Assembly (NCBI GenBank): GCA_965242695.1
Contig: CBDESU010000001.1
Span: 1,248,001 to 1,312,000 of the forward strand
Length of the DNA: 64,000 nucleotides
From: Cenarchaeum sp.
Lineage (GTDB): Archaea; Thermoproteota; Nitrososphaeria; Nitrososphaerales; Nitrosopumilaceae
Reading direction: 5' to 3'
The position numbers and the translations under genes are program-made. How positions within the stretch are numbered: position 1 is the stretch's first letter; each line of letters starts with the position of its first letter. The notes below the pieces were generated by a model. The model was not told the origin of the DNA and did not search any database. It worked only from the letters and a program-made list of their open reading frames with translations. Of the stretch, positions 49,052 to 59,711 are shown piece after piece.

Positions 49052-51094
49052 ATGGCAGGCAGCGCGGCGGCGGCGGGGACGGGGGACAGGGGGCGCGATG
49101 CCCCGTACGACTACGTCCCGCGCCCCGGGCAGTACGAGGGCTCTAACGTGCACGCGTTCATGCGGGCGCACGGGATAGGCTCGCTCGACGGGCTGAGGGC
49201 GCGCGCCGCGGCCGACCTCGAGTGGTACTGGGGCGCGGTCGCCGTCGACGTCGGGATACGCTGGAGCCGCCCGTACGAGAGGGTCCTCGATGCGAGCGGC
49301 GGGAGTGCGTGGCCGAGGTGGTTTCCGGGCGGGAGGACCAACATCGTGACGTCGTCGCTCGACAGGTTTGCCGCCGAGTCGCCCGGCGCGCCGGCGTACC
49401 GGCTAGAGTCCGAGGAGGGCGGGGCCGGAGAGGTCGTGACGTACGGCGGCCTAAAGGAAGAGGTCGATGCGGTGGCGGCCGCCCTGTCGGCGCCGCCGCT
49501 GTCGGTCGGGGCGGGCGACGCCGTGGCAGTCTGCATGCCGGCCGTCAAGGAGGCCGTAGTGGCCATACTCGCTGCCGCCCGGATCGGCGCCGTCCAGGCC
49601 ACCATATTCTCGGGGTACGGGCCCGGGGCTGTCCTGCAGAGGGTGCGCGGCTGCGGCGCCCGCGCGCTGTTCGTCTCGGACGGGTACCGCAGGGGAGGGC
49701 GCGACGTCTCGCAGGCGGCCGCCGCGCGCAGGTGCAGCAGCGCATGCGGGGAGGGCGGGACGATCCCGCCCGAGCGGATAGTCGTGGCCGAGCGCGGCGG
49801 GACGGACCGGCGCGCGGGCGGCTCGCCGTCGTACGCCGACGTGGCCGGCGCGGGGCGCGACCTGATCGCCGGGGGCGGGGGCCGCCAAGAGGCGACGCAG
49901 GTCGACTCGTCGCACCCGCTGTTCGCGCTGTACACGTCCGGGACGACCGGCCGGCCAAAGGGCGCCGTGCACACGCACGGCGCATTCTCGGCGTTTGCCG
50001 GCCACCAGGCCGCGTACCTGCTCGACCTGCGCGCCGGCGAGACGCTGTTCTGGCCGGCCGACATCGGGTGGATAACCGGCCTGGTGTGGAACGTGTACGG
50101 GCTGCTCCTGACGGGGGCCGCCGCCGTCCTGTACGACGGGGCGATCGACAGGCCTGGCCCCGGCAGGTTCTGGGAGATCGCAAGGCGGCACGATGCGACC
50201 GTCCTCGGCACGTCGCCGACGGCGGTGCGCATGATGAGGGCGTCGGGGGAGCTTGACGGGGAAGGGGGCGCGCTAGCGCCTCCCCGCGCGCGCATGATCG
50301 CGACCACGGGCGAGCCGATCGACGAGGCGTCGTGGCGGTGGCTGTTTGAGAGGGGCGGCGGGCGGCGCATTCCGATAGCCAACCTTGCCGGCGGGACCGA
50401 GGCCGGCGGGGCCCTGCTGTCGGTCCTGCCCGGCATGCCGCTGCGCGCCTGCACGGTCGGCGCGCCGTGCCCCGGCATCGATGCCGACTCGCTCGGCGAG
50501 GACGGGAGTTCGGCGACCGGAGAGAGGGGCTACCTCGTGGTGAGGGGGCCGTGGCCGGGCATGACGGCCGGCCTGCTCGGCGACCGCGACGGGTACGTCC
50601 GCGCGTACTGGTCGCGGTTCGGAGGATCGGTGTGGTTCCACGGCGACTACGTCGAGCGCGCGGCCGACGGGCTGTGGTACATGCGCGGGCGCGCCGACGA
50701 CGTCGTCAACGTGTCCGGCCACCGCCTGGGCACGGCCGAGATGGAGCAGGCGGCGGCATCGCATGCGGACGTGGCAGAGGCCGCCGCGGTCGCCGTCCCC
50801 GACCGCACGCGCGGCGAGGCCGTCGTCGTGTTTGTCGTGCCGCGGCGCGGCGCGGCCAGGGGGGCCGCGGCCGCCGGCGCCAGGCGGCGCGTAGAGGACG
50901 AGATAGGGCGCATAGCTGCGCCGAGGGCCGTCGTCGAGATGCCCGGCCTGCCGCGCACGCACACGGGCAAGATCGTCAGGAGGGCCCTCAGGGCAAGGCT
51001 TCTCGGCGAGGATGCGGGCGACCTGTCGACGGTCGAGAACCCCGGGGTTCTCGACGCCGTCCCGCGCGGCGCAAGGGGAGGGGAGGGGGCATGA
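49052..51094 (+). CDS. AMP-forming acyl-CoA synthetase (Acs-like)
   Basis: LYTSGTTGRPKG; ADIGWITG; TTGEPI; GGTE; GRADDVVNVSGHRLGTAE; LPRTHTGKIVRR. Confidence 0.92.
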   Translation: MAGSAAAAGTGDRGRDAPYDYVPRPGQYEGSNVHAFMRAHGIGSLDGLRARAAADLEWYWGAVAVDVGIRWSRPYERVLDASGGSAWPRWFPGGRTNIVTSSLDRFAAESPGAPAYRLESEEGGAGEVVTYGGLKEEVDAVAAALSAPPLSVGAGDAVAVCMPAVKEAVVAILAAARIGAVQATIFSGYGPGAVLQRVRGCGARALFVSDGYRRGGRDVSQAAAARRCSSACGEGGTIPPERIVVAERGGTDRRAGGSPSYADVAGAGRDLIAGGGGRQEATQVDSSHPLFALYTSGTTGRPKGAVHTHGAFSAFAGHQAAYLLDLRAGETLFWPADIGWITGLVWNVYGLLLTGAAAVLYDGAIDRPGPGRFWEIARRHDATVLGTSPTAVRMMRASGELDGEGGALAPPRARMIATTGEPIDEASWRWLFERGGGRRIPIANLAGGTEAGGALLSVLPGMPLRACTVGAPCPGIDADSLGEDGSSATGERGYLVVRGPWPGMTAGLLGDRDGYVRAYWSRFGGSVWFHGDYVERAADGLWYMRGRADDVVNVSGHRLGTAEMEQAAASHADVAEAAAVAVPDRTRGEAVVVFVVPRRGAARGAAAAGARRRVEDEIGRIAAPRAVVEMPGLPRTHTGKIVRRALRARLLGEDAGDLSTVENPGVLDAVPRGARGGEGA

Positions 51095-51198
51095 TCCGCC
51101 ATTACCCAACCCATATTAACCAATGTGGGAGGCGCCACCATGGGCCGCACTAGAGGCGCACGGGTGGGGGCGAGCGGTCCGATGCGGTCGCGGTTCCC

Positions 51199-51966
51199 AT
51201 GAACAGGCAACCGGTCGATCTCGGCTACGTCCTCAGGCAATTTCCCCGGTTCAAGTTCGGCATGCACGACTTTGATCACAGGCTTCGCATCCAAAAATTC
51301 GTGTACCTACTCCAGTCGTTCGACGTCTACCTGGGCTACGACTACTCGTGGTACCTGCGCGGCCCGTACTGCTCGATGCTGGCCGCCTCGGGGTTTGCAT
51401 TGGCAGAGTTCTACGCAAGCATTCCGCCCGGCGTGCGCATGACCTTTTCCAGCCCCGCAGTGAACGATCGCTTCAAGGGCTTCAAAGGGTTCATAGGCGG
51501 CTACGAAAGCGACGCCGGCTTTTTAGAAATTGCCTCCACTTTCCATTTTCTGGAGACAGTAGGCAACCTCGGTCGCAGTGAAGTGCTGCAGAGGGTCGCC
51601 AGCAAGCGCCCGCAGTTTACCGAGGCAAGTTGCAGGGACATCCGCTCATACTTGGAAGGATCGGGCATTCTCGACAACGGCACCGCGAGTAATGAGCGGC
51701 CGGAGGGCGGCCGCGAAGGCGACTGCGCATACGGCTCCAAGCTGGAGTGCGAACCGGCAACATTTGTCCCACAGGTGCCAGACGACATGAGTCGGAGGCC
51801 CTACGACCAGGGAATCTACCACATGCTGGTCGACTCGAGGGAGAGCGGCGAAAAGATCTCCCTGGTGGGCAGGGACGTGTTTAGGCCACACCAAAGGCAC
51901 CCCCATGTGGATGAAATAACGGTGGACGGCGCAGAGCTCTTGGTGCGCTTGCTGCGCCGGAGTTGA
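51199..51966 (+). CDS. YwgA/SocA (Panacea)-like antitoxin-family protein
   Basis: RLRIQKFVYLLQ...LGYDYSWYLRGPYCSML...FLEIASTFHFL. Confidence 0.7.
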   Translation: MNRQPVDLGYVLRQFPRFKFGMHDFDHRLRIQKFVYLLQSFDVYLGYDYSWYLRGPYCSMLAASGFALAEFYASIPPGVRMTFSSPAVNDRFKGFKGFIGGYESDAGFLEIASTFHFLETVGNLGRSEVLQRVASKRPQFTEASCRDIRSYLEGSGILDNGTASNERPEGGREGDCAYGSKLECEPATFVPQVPDDMSRRPYDQGIYHMLVDSRESGEKISLVGRDVFRPHQRHPHVDEITVDGAELLVRLLRRS

Positions 51967-52068
51967 GCCGCCTCGCACGCATGTCTTTCATCCCAGCCCG
52001 AGATCGCGCCGCCGGCTGCAGTAGGATGGGCGTCAAACGGAACTGCCGATCACACCGTACCATTCGGC

Positions 52069-52707
52069 ATGTTCAACGATCCAATGTCAGCCATATTGTC
52101 AATCGTCGTGGCCATATCCAGCGTTCTTTTGTTGATCTCCATACAAGCTGTCAAAGAATGGGTGGACATGATGTCAAAAACCTACCGGAGCTCTGTCGCA
52201 CTTGAAATCGAGATCTCGCTGATTGCCGAGGCGCTTTACAATACAGGCTGGCAAAAAGCATCCGTCGGAGCGCTTTACGAGCAGCGCCCCATGCCGAGGA
52301 GTGTGTATGAGGGGCTGGGATGCTCTGGCATACTGAGCGAGCTGGACACAAAAACGCAAGAGCTGCTCTATAGGTTCTACTGGATGGTGTCGCTTGAAAG
52401 GCACGATGACATCAACAGTATGATCGAGGAGACGGCGGCGGTTGCGCAGATCAAGCGCTCACACGCCCCAGGATGTATCCCACGGACGAGGCTGGTGTTC
52501 GGCCTCGCGCCTGCAAGATCTCGGCCGGCTGTGAAAAAGAGTTCTGGTACATCCCGCCAAGCGGTCAAGGCAGACGCGGATCTGCGGCCCGACGGAAGCG
52601 GTGCACTTGGCCTAGATGCAACCTCGCGCATGCCCGGTGGAAGCGGACGATCCAGCACGTCTCAAGATGGTCCATCCGCCGGCGCACCCATAAGGCGGCC
52701 GCCATGA
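52069..52707 (+). CDS. Hypothetical protein with an N-terminal TM helix
   Basis: AILSIVVAISSVLLLISI; lower GC; no recognisable motif. Confidence 0.5.
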   Translation: MFNDPMSAILSIVVAISSVLLLISIQAVKEWVDMMSKTYRSSVALEIEISLIAEALYNTGWQKASVGALYEQRPMPRSVYEGLGCSGILSELDTKTQELLYRFYWMVSLERHDDINSMIEETAAVAQIKRSHAPGCIPRTRLVFGLAPARSRPAVKKSSGTSRQAVKADADLRPDGSGALGLDATSRMPGGSGRSSTSQDGPSAGAPIRRPP

Positions 52708-53210
52708 TCGCCACGGGGCGGAGGGGGCCCGCGTATCGGAGGTCTCCACGCATTGCCCGCTCCTCTCCCCCCATCCCACATGCACAGCACTGTCCAAGGG
52801 CCGCAACACAGGGTGCCGGCCGCGGCTTCCTAGCGGCATCCCCGATCGGCATGCTGCGGGCGATCGGTGGGAATATAGGGCGGCCGCCGGGCGACGGGGC
52901 GGGACACGATGGCATCAAGTACACGGGAAGGCGCCCGCAAAGGGGCGCATGCGAGGGACGACGGGGCGTCGGGCGGACGGCGCGGCAGGGATGCCGCATC
53001 GCCCGGAACGCCGGGCGCTGTGCGGCTCGCGATCGCACATCTCCTTTGGATGTCGCCCGGATGCCGCATCGCCAGGAGCTCCGGGCGCTGTGTGGCCTGC
53101 TGGCCGCCCCGCCTGGCCGGGCGCATCGGCGGCATCGGGCGCCGCCGCGGCCGCAGGCCCGCATCCCGCGGGGGCGCCGCCGCCCCGCGGCCACGGAGGT
53201 TCGAGGCCGC

Positions 53211-54863
53211 ATGAGGGGGCCCTTTGACGTGAGGCGCTCCGACCTGGAAAGGCACGGAGGCGAGGCCGCAGTCGACCTCGTCGGGGACATCGTGCGAATG
53301 GATGCGATCGAGTCGGGGATCGGACTGAACCTTGTCAACATGCCGGCGCCCACACGCGCCGGCGGATCCTGGCGGATCGACGGCGAAGTCGACGGCGCCG
53401 CCATCGACGGCAGGTACGGGATAGTCAAGAGGGGGATCACCAGGTACATGGTAAGGTCCGAGAGGCGCAGGCCAAGCAGATCGTCCATGGAGAAGATGCT
53501 GCTGGCGGGGCCCGGGGAGGTAAAGAGTGGGATCAGGCGCTGCCTCGACAGCGGCGGGACTCTGGTCGTGGCCCTTGCAGGGTGGGACGATCCCCGCGCC
53601 GCAGAGTCGGAGGCCGCCGACGGGTTCAGGGAGGTGCTGAAATGCGCATCGGGCACGTACGGGACGGCCAGTGTCGAGGTCTGGAGCCAGAACACCATAA
53701 TTGGTTTCCTAGAGAGCCTGCCCGCCCTGCGGCTCGAGGTGACGTCCGCCCCCCGCGGCTCGTACTACACACTCGACGAGTGGTCGGGGCATGCCGACAT
53801 GGGCATGACGCTGCACCTCGGTGCCGGGCAGAGAGGGTTTGTCGACGACCTGCGGGGCCGCATCCGCGGCGGCTCCGGCCCCGCTCATGTCAGGGTGCTG
53901 GGCGAGCCCGGCATCGGAAAGACCCGCCTCGTGCTAGAGGCCTGCAGGGCCCCCGACATCGCGAGGCTCGTCGTGTACGTCGAGGAGCCGGCGCGCCTGG
54001 AGGGCGGCGGCCTTCTCGCATGGCTCGCGGGCCGGATCTCGGACGGCGGAGGGGCCGTACTGGTAGTCGACGAGTGCGACCGCTGGGCGGGCGAGCGCAT
54101 CTGGAGCGCGGTCAGGCAGCACGGCCCGCGCGCAAGGTTGGTCACCTTGCACAACGAGCCCGGCGAGGGCGGCCGCGTGGGGCGGGAAGTCGCGAGGGTG
54201 CCGCCGCTGCCTGGTGCAGAGGTAGGCCGGATACTGTCAGAGTACGGCATCGCCGGGCCAGAGTGTCTGAAGTGGACAGATCTCTGCGCGCCGTCCCCCC
54301 GCGCGGCGCACATGGTAGGGGAGAGCCTGGCGCAGGACCGCGGCAACCCGTTCATGGAATCGGACATCGTAAGCGGCTGGGAGAGGCTCACGGCAAGCAG
54401 GCCGGCGATCGACTCGCCCGAGCACAAGTCCAGAAAGGCCGTGCTGTCGTGGCTGAGCATATTCGGGGGGTTTGTGTACGACGGCGGGCGCGGGGAGGAG
54501 TACGAGGCGATCCGCGGCCTGGTCCGCAGGTTCGAGGACATGCGCAGCGGCGAGTTTCGCAGGATCGTGGAAGAGTCGAGGAGGATGGGAATATTGAGAG
54601 GGTCGCATACGCTGCGCATAGCGCCAAAGGTGCTGAGCGTCTACCTATGCCGCGACTGGTGGAGGACGTACGGCGACTTCGACCTGCCCGAGGTCCTCAA
54701 AGTCATAGGGCGGCCCGAGGAGGGAGGAGGTGCACGGGGCGGGGATGCGCAGGGCCTGGCTGGGCGGCTCTGCCGCACGGTCTGCTACGCGGGCGATCCG
54801 GAGGCGGCCGGCAGGGCGCTCCGGACGGCGCTCGATGCGGACGGCCTCCCTGCAGGGGAGTAG
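53211..54863 (+). CDS. STAND/NACHT-like P-loop NTPase, probably C-terminally truncated
   Basis: VRVLGEPGIGKTRL (Walker A); VLVVDEC (Walker B); N-terminal IDGEVD nuclease-like region; EVWSQNTI. Confidence 0.68.
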   Translation: MRGPFDVRRSDLERHGGEAAVDLVGDIVRMDAIESGIGLNLVNMPAPTRAGGSWRIDGEVDGAAIDGRYGIVKRGITRYMVRSERRRPSRSSMEKMLLAGPGEVKSGIRRCLDSGGTLVVALAGWDDPRAAESEAADGFREVLKCASGTYGTASVEVWSQNTIIGFLESLPALRLEVTSAPRGSYYTLDEWSGHADMGMTLHLGAGQRGFVDDLRGRIRGGSGPAHVRVLGEPGIGKTRLVLEACRAPDIARLVVYVEEPARLEGGGLLAWLAGRISDGGGAVLVVDECDRWAGERIWSAVRQHGPRARLVTLHNEPGEGGRVGREVARVPPLPGAEVGRILSEYGIAGPECLKWTDLCAPSPRAAHMVGESLAQDRGNPFMESDIVSGWERLTASRPAIDSPEHKSRKAVLSWLSIFGGFVYDGGRGEEYEAIRGLVRRFEDMRSGEFRRIVEESRRMGILRGSHTLRIAPKVLSVYLCRDWWRTYGDFDLPEVLKVIGRPEEGGGARGGDAQGLAGRLCRTVCYAGDPEAAGRALRTALDADGLPAGE

Positions 54864-55258
54864 AGCCGCATGCGGCAAGGCGCCCCGGCCGCCTGCCGCG
54901 GCGCCGAGCGGGGCCGCCCGCAACACCGCCCTTTCGCGCGCAGTAGAGCGGCCGGAATGCTGGCGCCGAAGCCCAGGCATCTCAAGGAGGCACGGGAGGC
55001 GATGCGCGGCCCCGAGCGCGTCGTCAGGCATGCCGGCCGCGCTGCCGGATCCGATGCCGCTGCACAGCGCCGCCCCGTGGATGAGTCCCACGGGGCTATG
55101 CTAATATGCACACCGGGAGGCGCCAAGCCGTGGAATACGCAACGCGAAAAGATGCGACGCATGCCGGTCCCGCGCCTGGCGGGCAGTGCGATCTCGGCTG
55201 CACGGTACGCCCGGCCGCAAGCTCGCGCGACGGCCCCGGCACAGCCAACGCCCCTCCC

Positions 55259-55945
55259 TTGCCAGGGCCGCACGAAAGGCTCACCGAGGATCAAATGGGC
55301 GGGAGGTTTGGAGTTCCGCCGTTTGGCGGCATACGGACAAGCAAGACGTCGACCGACATAATTCTTGTCAGCCGCGCAGACGTTCCCACCAGCCGCGACG
55401 ACAAGGACTCGGCTAAATACATCTACTATGATGGCTATTCCGAAGGACGCGCCGGCCAGATGTCGGACTGGCGCAACAGGGCGCTGAGTGAATCGAGAAG
55501 AAACGCCAGCCGCGTGTTGTTTTTTGTCAAGGAGCACGGCAAGCTTGCATTCCACGGCCGTGTCGAATGCGTGGGGTGGGAGTACAAGGACGATATGGCC
55601 CGCGGCAGAGTAGCCACCTTCAAGCTGAGGAGGGTCGACGACACAGCGGCGCAGACATCCGGTCCTGCAAGGTATGCCACTGCAGTGAGCATCGTTGAGG
55701 ATGAAGATGGCTGGTACGTTGCCACCGCACCCGCGCTGCAGGGCTGCATATCCCAGGGCGAGACGAGGGCAAAGGCCCGGGAAAACCTCGAGGAGGCCAT
55801 ATCGCTGTACCTAGAGCACATTTTGGAAACAGGCGAGGCGCTTCCTCCCAGCCTGGCTACGGCCTTTGGCGTTGCGGACATCAACGTGGTAGGCGAGAGC
55901 GTCAGCGCAAAAATCAACGCCGTGTCGGGATGCATGCAGACGTGA
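55259..55945 (+). CDS. SRA/PUA-like domain fused to HicB antitoxin (start uncertain)
   Basis: FGVPPFGGIRTS...IILVS...IYYDG...GQM...NRAL...VLFFVK...FHGRVE...TFKL, then IVEDEDGWYVATAPALQGCISQGETRAKARENLEEAISLYLE. Confidence 0.75.
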   Translation: MPGPHERLTEDQMGGRFGVPPFGGIRTSKTSTDIILVSRADVPTSRDDKDSAKYIYYDGYSEGRAGQMSDWRNRALSESRRNASRVLFFVKEHGKLAFHGRVECVGWEYKDDMARGRVATFKLRRVDDTAAQTSGPARYATAVSIVEDEDGWYVATAPALQGCISQGETRAKARENLEEAISLYLEHILETGEALPPSLATAFGVADINVVGESVSAKINAVSGCMQT

Positions 55946-55947
55946 GA

Positions 55948-56130
55948 ATGCCGGTCGTCTCCGGGAGGAACATGGTCAGGGTACGGGGGCGGGTATGCTT
56001 CAAACCGGCACGGTGAAAAGGCAATCACCTAATACTGATGCATGGAGATCCCATCTCATCCTCCCCACCTCACCCCAACTCGCCGAATCACGGTTACAAA
56101 GCATCCCGAGATAAAGCGCGGCATGGTGTG
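55948..56130 (+). pseudogene. Degenerate HicA toxin remnant
   Basis: Fragments in shifting frames: MPVVSGRNMVRV / KGNHLILMH / LILPTSPQLAESRLQSI, directly after hicB. Confidence 0.6.
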
Positions 56131-56550
56131 CGAGTTCATAAGAGAAGGCTGGGCCGAGCAGGGACGGCGTCCTTGACCTGTACCGTATGCATCAGCGCCC
56201 GGGACGGGCAAAATCTAGTATGACCCGCATGGCATGGCAGGCACTCCGCGCCCGCGTCGTGATCGATACCCAGCATGGACGGCCCAAAAGGATCCGACGA
56301 GTGCCGTGGCGCCAAGCCCGCAGCCGAGGGATCGCCCGGCAGGCCCGGGGGGCCCAGCGCACAGCTGTCCAGTACCAGGTTCGCGGTATACAGAGCGCCC
56401 GCCCCTCCCGCAACCTGCAGGATAATGACCACAGAGGCTTGGACAGGCATCTGCTGCCGCGTGCCGCAAGCTGTCGGCGGCAAGGCCCGCGGCGGCCGTC
56501 CCGTAAGACTCCTACAAGGTTTTATAAGACGGCGGTTTGCGGTGTCGGCA

Positions 56551-56781
56551 ATGGCGGACATGGGAGAGATCAAGGCTGTTCACATCGCCGATCTCGCAGA
56601 CATCCTCGGCAGGCACGGACAGCTTGAAGATTTTGAGTGTGGTCGGATGACCTGCTCCGTGTGCTCCGACACGATAACCCTGGACAACGCGGGTAGCCTG
56701 CGGTTCATTGACGGCAAGCTCGTCTTTGCATGCCGCAAGTTCTCATGCCATGACGAGATGGTCAGAATCGCTGCACGTTAG
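56551..56781 (+). CDS. Small Cys-rich (zinc-binding) protein
   Basis: IKAVHIADL...CSVC...ITLDN...CRKFSC; TTTTATAA about 30 bp upstream. Confidence 0.72.
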   Translation: MADMGEIKAVHIADLADILGRHGQLEDFECGRMTCSVCSDTITLDNAGSLRFIDGKLVFACRKFSCHDEMVRIAAR

Positions 56782-56871
56782 CCGACCCTCAGAGGTGATG
56801 TTCCCTGTCAAGCGTCGAAGCGATCATCGAGGGGCTGAAGGGGGAAGCAGGCTGGGTTGTAGCTACAGGGC

Positions 56872-58396
56872 CAGTCAACCCAACTCTGGGCGTTGACGGT
56901 GGGTTGAGCCCCTCGATCTTTTTGTATTAGATCTGCATCCGCGGCAAAAATTATCCAGATCAATCGTCTGTCCTAAAAGTATGACTTAAGATGAAAAGAT
57001 CTATAAGTACCCGCGCGGGCGGCCCCCCGGAGTGGCGCAGAAATGGAGGCCGCGCAGGGTCGGCGGCGGGAAAAAAAGGATCTCACAAAGTCCCAGCGAA
57101 AGTTCATGGGGAAAAAGTCGACCAGGAAGATGTCGCAAAAGTTCGGGCAGATCAGGAAGGCCGGCTTTGCCATCAAGAAGATGACCGACAAAATGACCGA
57201 GGGGGAGCAGTTCGTGGACTTTTCCGGCGACTCGCGGGCAAAGTACGGCGCCCGAGTTCCACAAGAACACGCTCAACGGGACACTCCTCAACGCATCGAG
57301 CACCACCTGCGCCGAGCTGTCCAAGATCAAGGCAAAGGAGGAGGGCGGCAGGTCTAGCGGCTGCGAGTGGCAGCGCCTCAAGATCAACTCGGCCGACGAC
57401 GAGCGCAGCATGCGCGTGCTCGAGAACGAGGCGCGCGAGACGATCGAGCGGCTGCGGCGCGACGGCCGCCTGCCGCACACCCCCAACTTTGCCGTCGACA
57501 TACACGTTGAGGAGCGCTGGGACGGGGGACGCCTGGTCACGCGGGGCGTGTCCGAGGCGCAGGCCAAGATCAACAGGGAGGCGCGCAGGCGCATTGCAAA
57601 GGAGAGGGGGCTTGTCAGGTCGAAGTCTAGGCGTGGAACGACCTACTTTGAGGCGTACATCGTGCTGCAGTGCGTCGACAAGGGGGTGCAGATCGTGGTG
57701 GCTTGCCTGCGCGTCGACGACCTGTCGAACCTTTCAAGGTTCATCCCCACCCTGGCAGACAAGATCAAGGCGCTGGGGATAAACCGCGCCAGGCTGCTCC
57801 TTGACAGGGAGTTCTTCAACGAGGCCGGCATATACGAGCTGATAAGGACAGGGTTCCGCTGGATCACGCCCTGCCGCAACACCCCGGCGGTCAAGAAGGC
57901 GCTCGCCAAGTTTGCCGAGACCGGAAAGAAGACGGGCGTCGTGCGCATGACCATCACGGGCGAGGACGGCAGGCAGTCCAAGTACTGGATGCGCATCGAG
58001 CTGCGCAAGAAGGGCGAGGAGGACGATGAGGACGGCGGAGGCTCGAGGAATGGCGGGAGGCTCGAGCCGCACGAGAGGTTCATCGGGTTCGCGGTCAGCC
58101 ACCGGTCCGCAAAGCCCCGCCACTACAAGAAGCGGTGGGGCATCGAGACGCGGTTCAAGATGGTGTCGAACAGGCGGAACAAGACGTCGAGCACCCTGCC
58201 GAACGCCCGGTTTCTCTGCTTCATCTACTCCCTGTTCGCCAGCAACGTGTGGGTCGTGATCAATTCCGTGTTCTGGCGGCGGCCGTCGGACTACGTTCCG
58301 CGGATATCGCTGGCGGCCGTGCTCTCCATGAGCGTCAGAATGCTGGAAATCCGCGAGCCAAAACCGCCCCCGTGAGGCCCAGAGTTGGGTTGACTG
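56872..58396 (+). mobile_element. ISH3-like (IS4-related) insertion sequence, 1525 bp
   Basis: Perfect 20-bp TIR cagtcaacccaactctgggc (56872-56891) / gcccagagttgggttgactg (58377-58396); 5-bp TSD agggc on both sides. Confidence 0.93.
57043..58375 (+). pseudogene. DDE transposase, frameshifted near 57250
   Basis: AVDIH, LLLDREFF and YKKRWGIETRFK motifs; ...AKYGA continues as EFHKNTLNG... in another frame. Confidence 0.85.
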
Positions 58397-58415
58397 AGGG
58401 CTAGTCGGCATCCTC

Positions 58416-59354
58416 GTGTACTTCTTGAAGAATCCATCCAAGGTGGCGCAGTGGGCGTCCATGATCACGAGTATCCTTGAAAAGATCAGCAAGCGCGCTG
58501 CCCGACACAGCGCGGCGGTAGACATCCAAGGAAAAGTTGCGGCGTTCATAAAATCTGCCCACATGGACGTCATAATGCCGTACGGTCTCAAGATTAAGTG
58601 GATCGTAAAGGGTAATGATGAGTCATACACAGACAAATCTGATGTCGTGATAATTATGGAGTATCGTGTAAATAGCGACCGGAATTTTATCGTCGCCTCA
58701 CGTCACTACACATCAAGAGCGCTTTTGGCGAGCATTAGGCACGACTTGCCGCATGAGCTGATTGACGCGGCCGAACTTGTGGTGCAAGAAAATATGATCA
58801 GATCACAGCGCCCCAATGCGCTGGGCATATTCAAGGACGAGGTAGTCCCGACAACAATACAGGGTAACGAAACAACGCGACGCTTGCACAAGTCACTGTG
58901 CAGAGTGGACAGGCTTGGGTTCTTTGCCAACATTTTCCTCAACGAAATCACACTACGGGGAAAGGCCCTCTCAGATCTTGATGCAAACGCACTTGCTGAC
59001 GAGGTGCATAACTTGGCCATGTTCCTAGAAAGATTCTGGGACAGGGCATCAAGAGAGGATGTTCCGCTGACGTACAATGGCAAAGTGTTCAAAGTCAACA
59101 TAATCCTTGTTGCACGACCAGAAACAAAGGCAGAATTTGGCACGGATCCATATGTCAGCAGGGCAAAAAGGGCCTTGTCGCAGGGATTCCATTCCGTCTA
59201 CGTGACAGGAAGATCTGAAGATGGAGGGTTTATGATGCACGTCATAAAAGAGCTAAAAAACAACATGCCGGAAAAGTTCGTATGGGTGCGCAAGTATAGG
59301 TCAAGACGGCAGTCAGCAAGTTACGGTGCCACAATCGCGTTCTTCCAGCGCTAG
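58416..59354 (+). CDS. Hypothetical protein (3' portion of the IS-interrupted gene)
   Basis: 312-aa open frame with lower GC than the core genes. Confidence 0.65.
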   Translation: MYFLKNPSKVAQWASMITSILEKISKRAARHSAAVDIQGKVAAFIKSAHMDVIMPYGLKIKWIVKGNDESYTDKSDVVIIMEYRVNSDRNFIVASRHYTSRALLASIRHDLPHELIDAAELVVQENMIRSQRPNALGIFKDEVVPTTIQGNETTRRLHKSLCRVDRLGFFANIFLNEITLRGKALSDLDANALADEVHNLAMFLERFWDRASREDVPLTYNGKVFKVNIILVARPETKAEFGTDPYVSRAKRALSQGFHSVYVTGRSEDGGFMMHVIKELKNNMPEKFVWVRKYRSRRQSASYGATIAFFQR

Positions 59355-59711
59355 CAACCAGCGGAATCCGGTGGGCGGTACAATGTCCCATCACCCGTAG
59401 ACGCCACACGAGTGGCGGCCCGACTCGTGTAGCATTCGGCATACGCTGTCGCAGACCGAATGCGGCCCGTTATCCTACGGTAGACTCTGCGCCGTCTCGT
59501 CACGGCAGCAAGATCCACCATCGTGATACAGCTGTGCCGCCTACGCGACACGGCGCCGCCCCTTCCCGCCAGAGCGTAGACCGACCCGGCGGCAGGGAGG
59601 ACAACCCCTTGTCGTATGCAGTGCAGAGCGGGCGGGGCTAGCGGTAGAAGCACGGCGCGGCTCGACGCGGCATCGATAGAATCGAGAGTCAAAGCGCCGC
59701 ACCGCGCCGCC

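Larger units (their letters stand above)
56805..59354 (+). pseudogene. Membrane-anchored hypothetical protein interrupted by the IS (5' part 56805-56871, 3' part 58402-59354)
   Basis: Removing the IS and one TSD copy joins EAIIEGLKGEAGWVVATG to LVGILVYFLKNPSKVAQW in frame; GAGGTGA lies upstream of a CTG at 56805. Confidence 0.7.
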
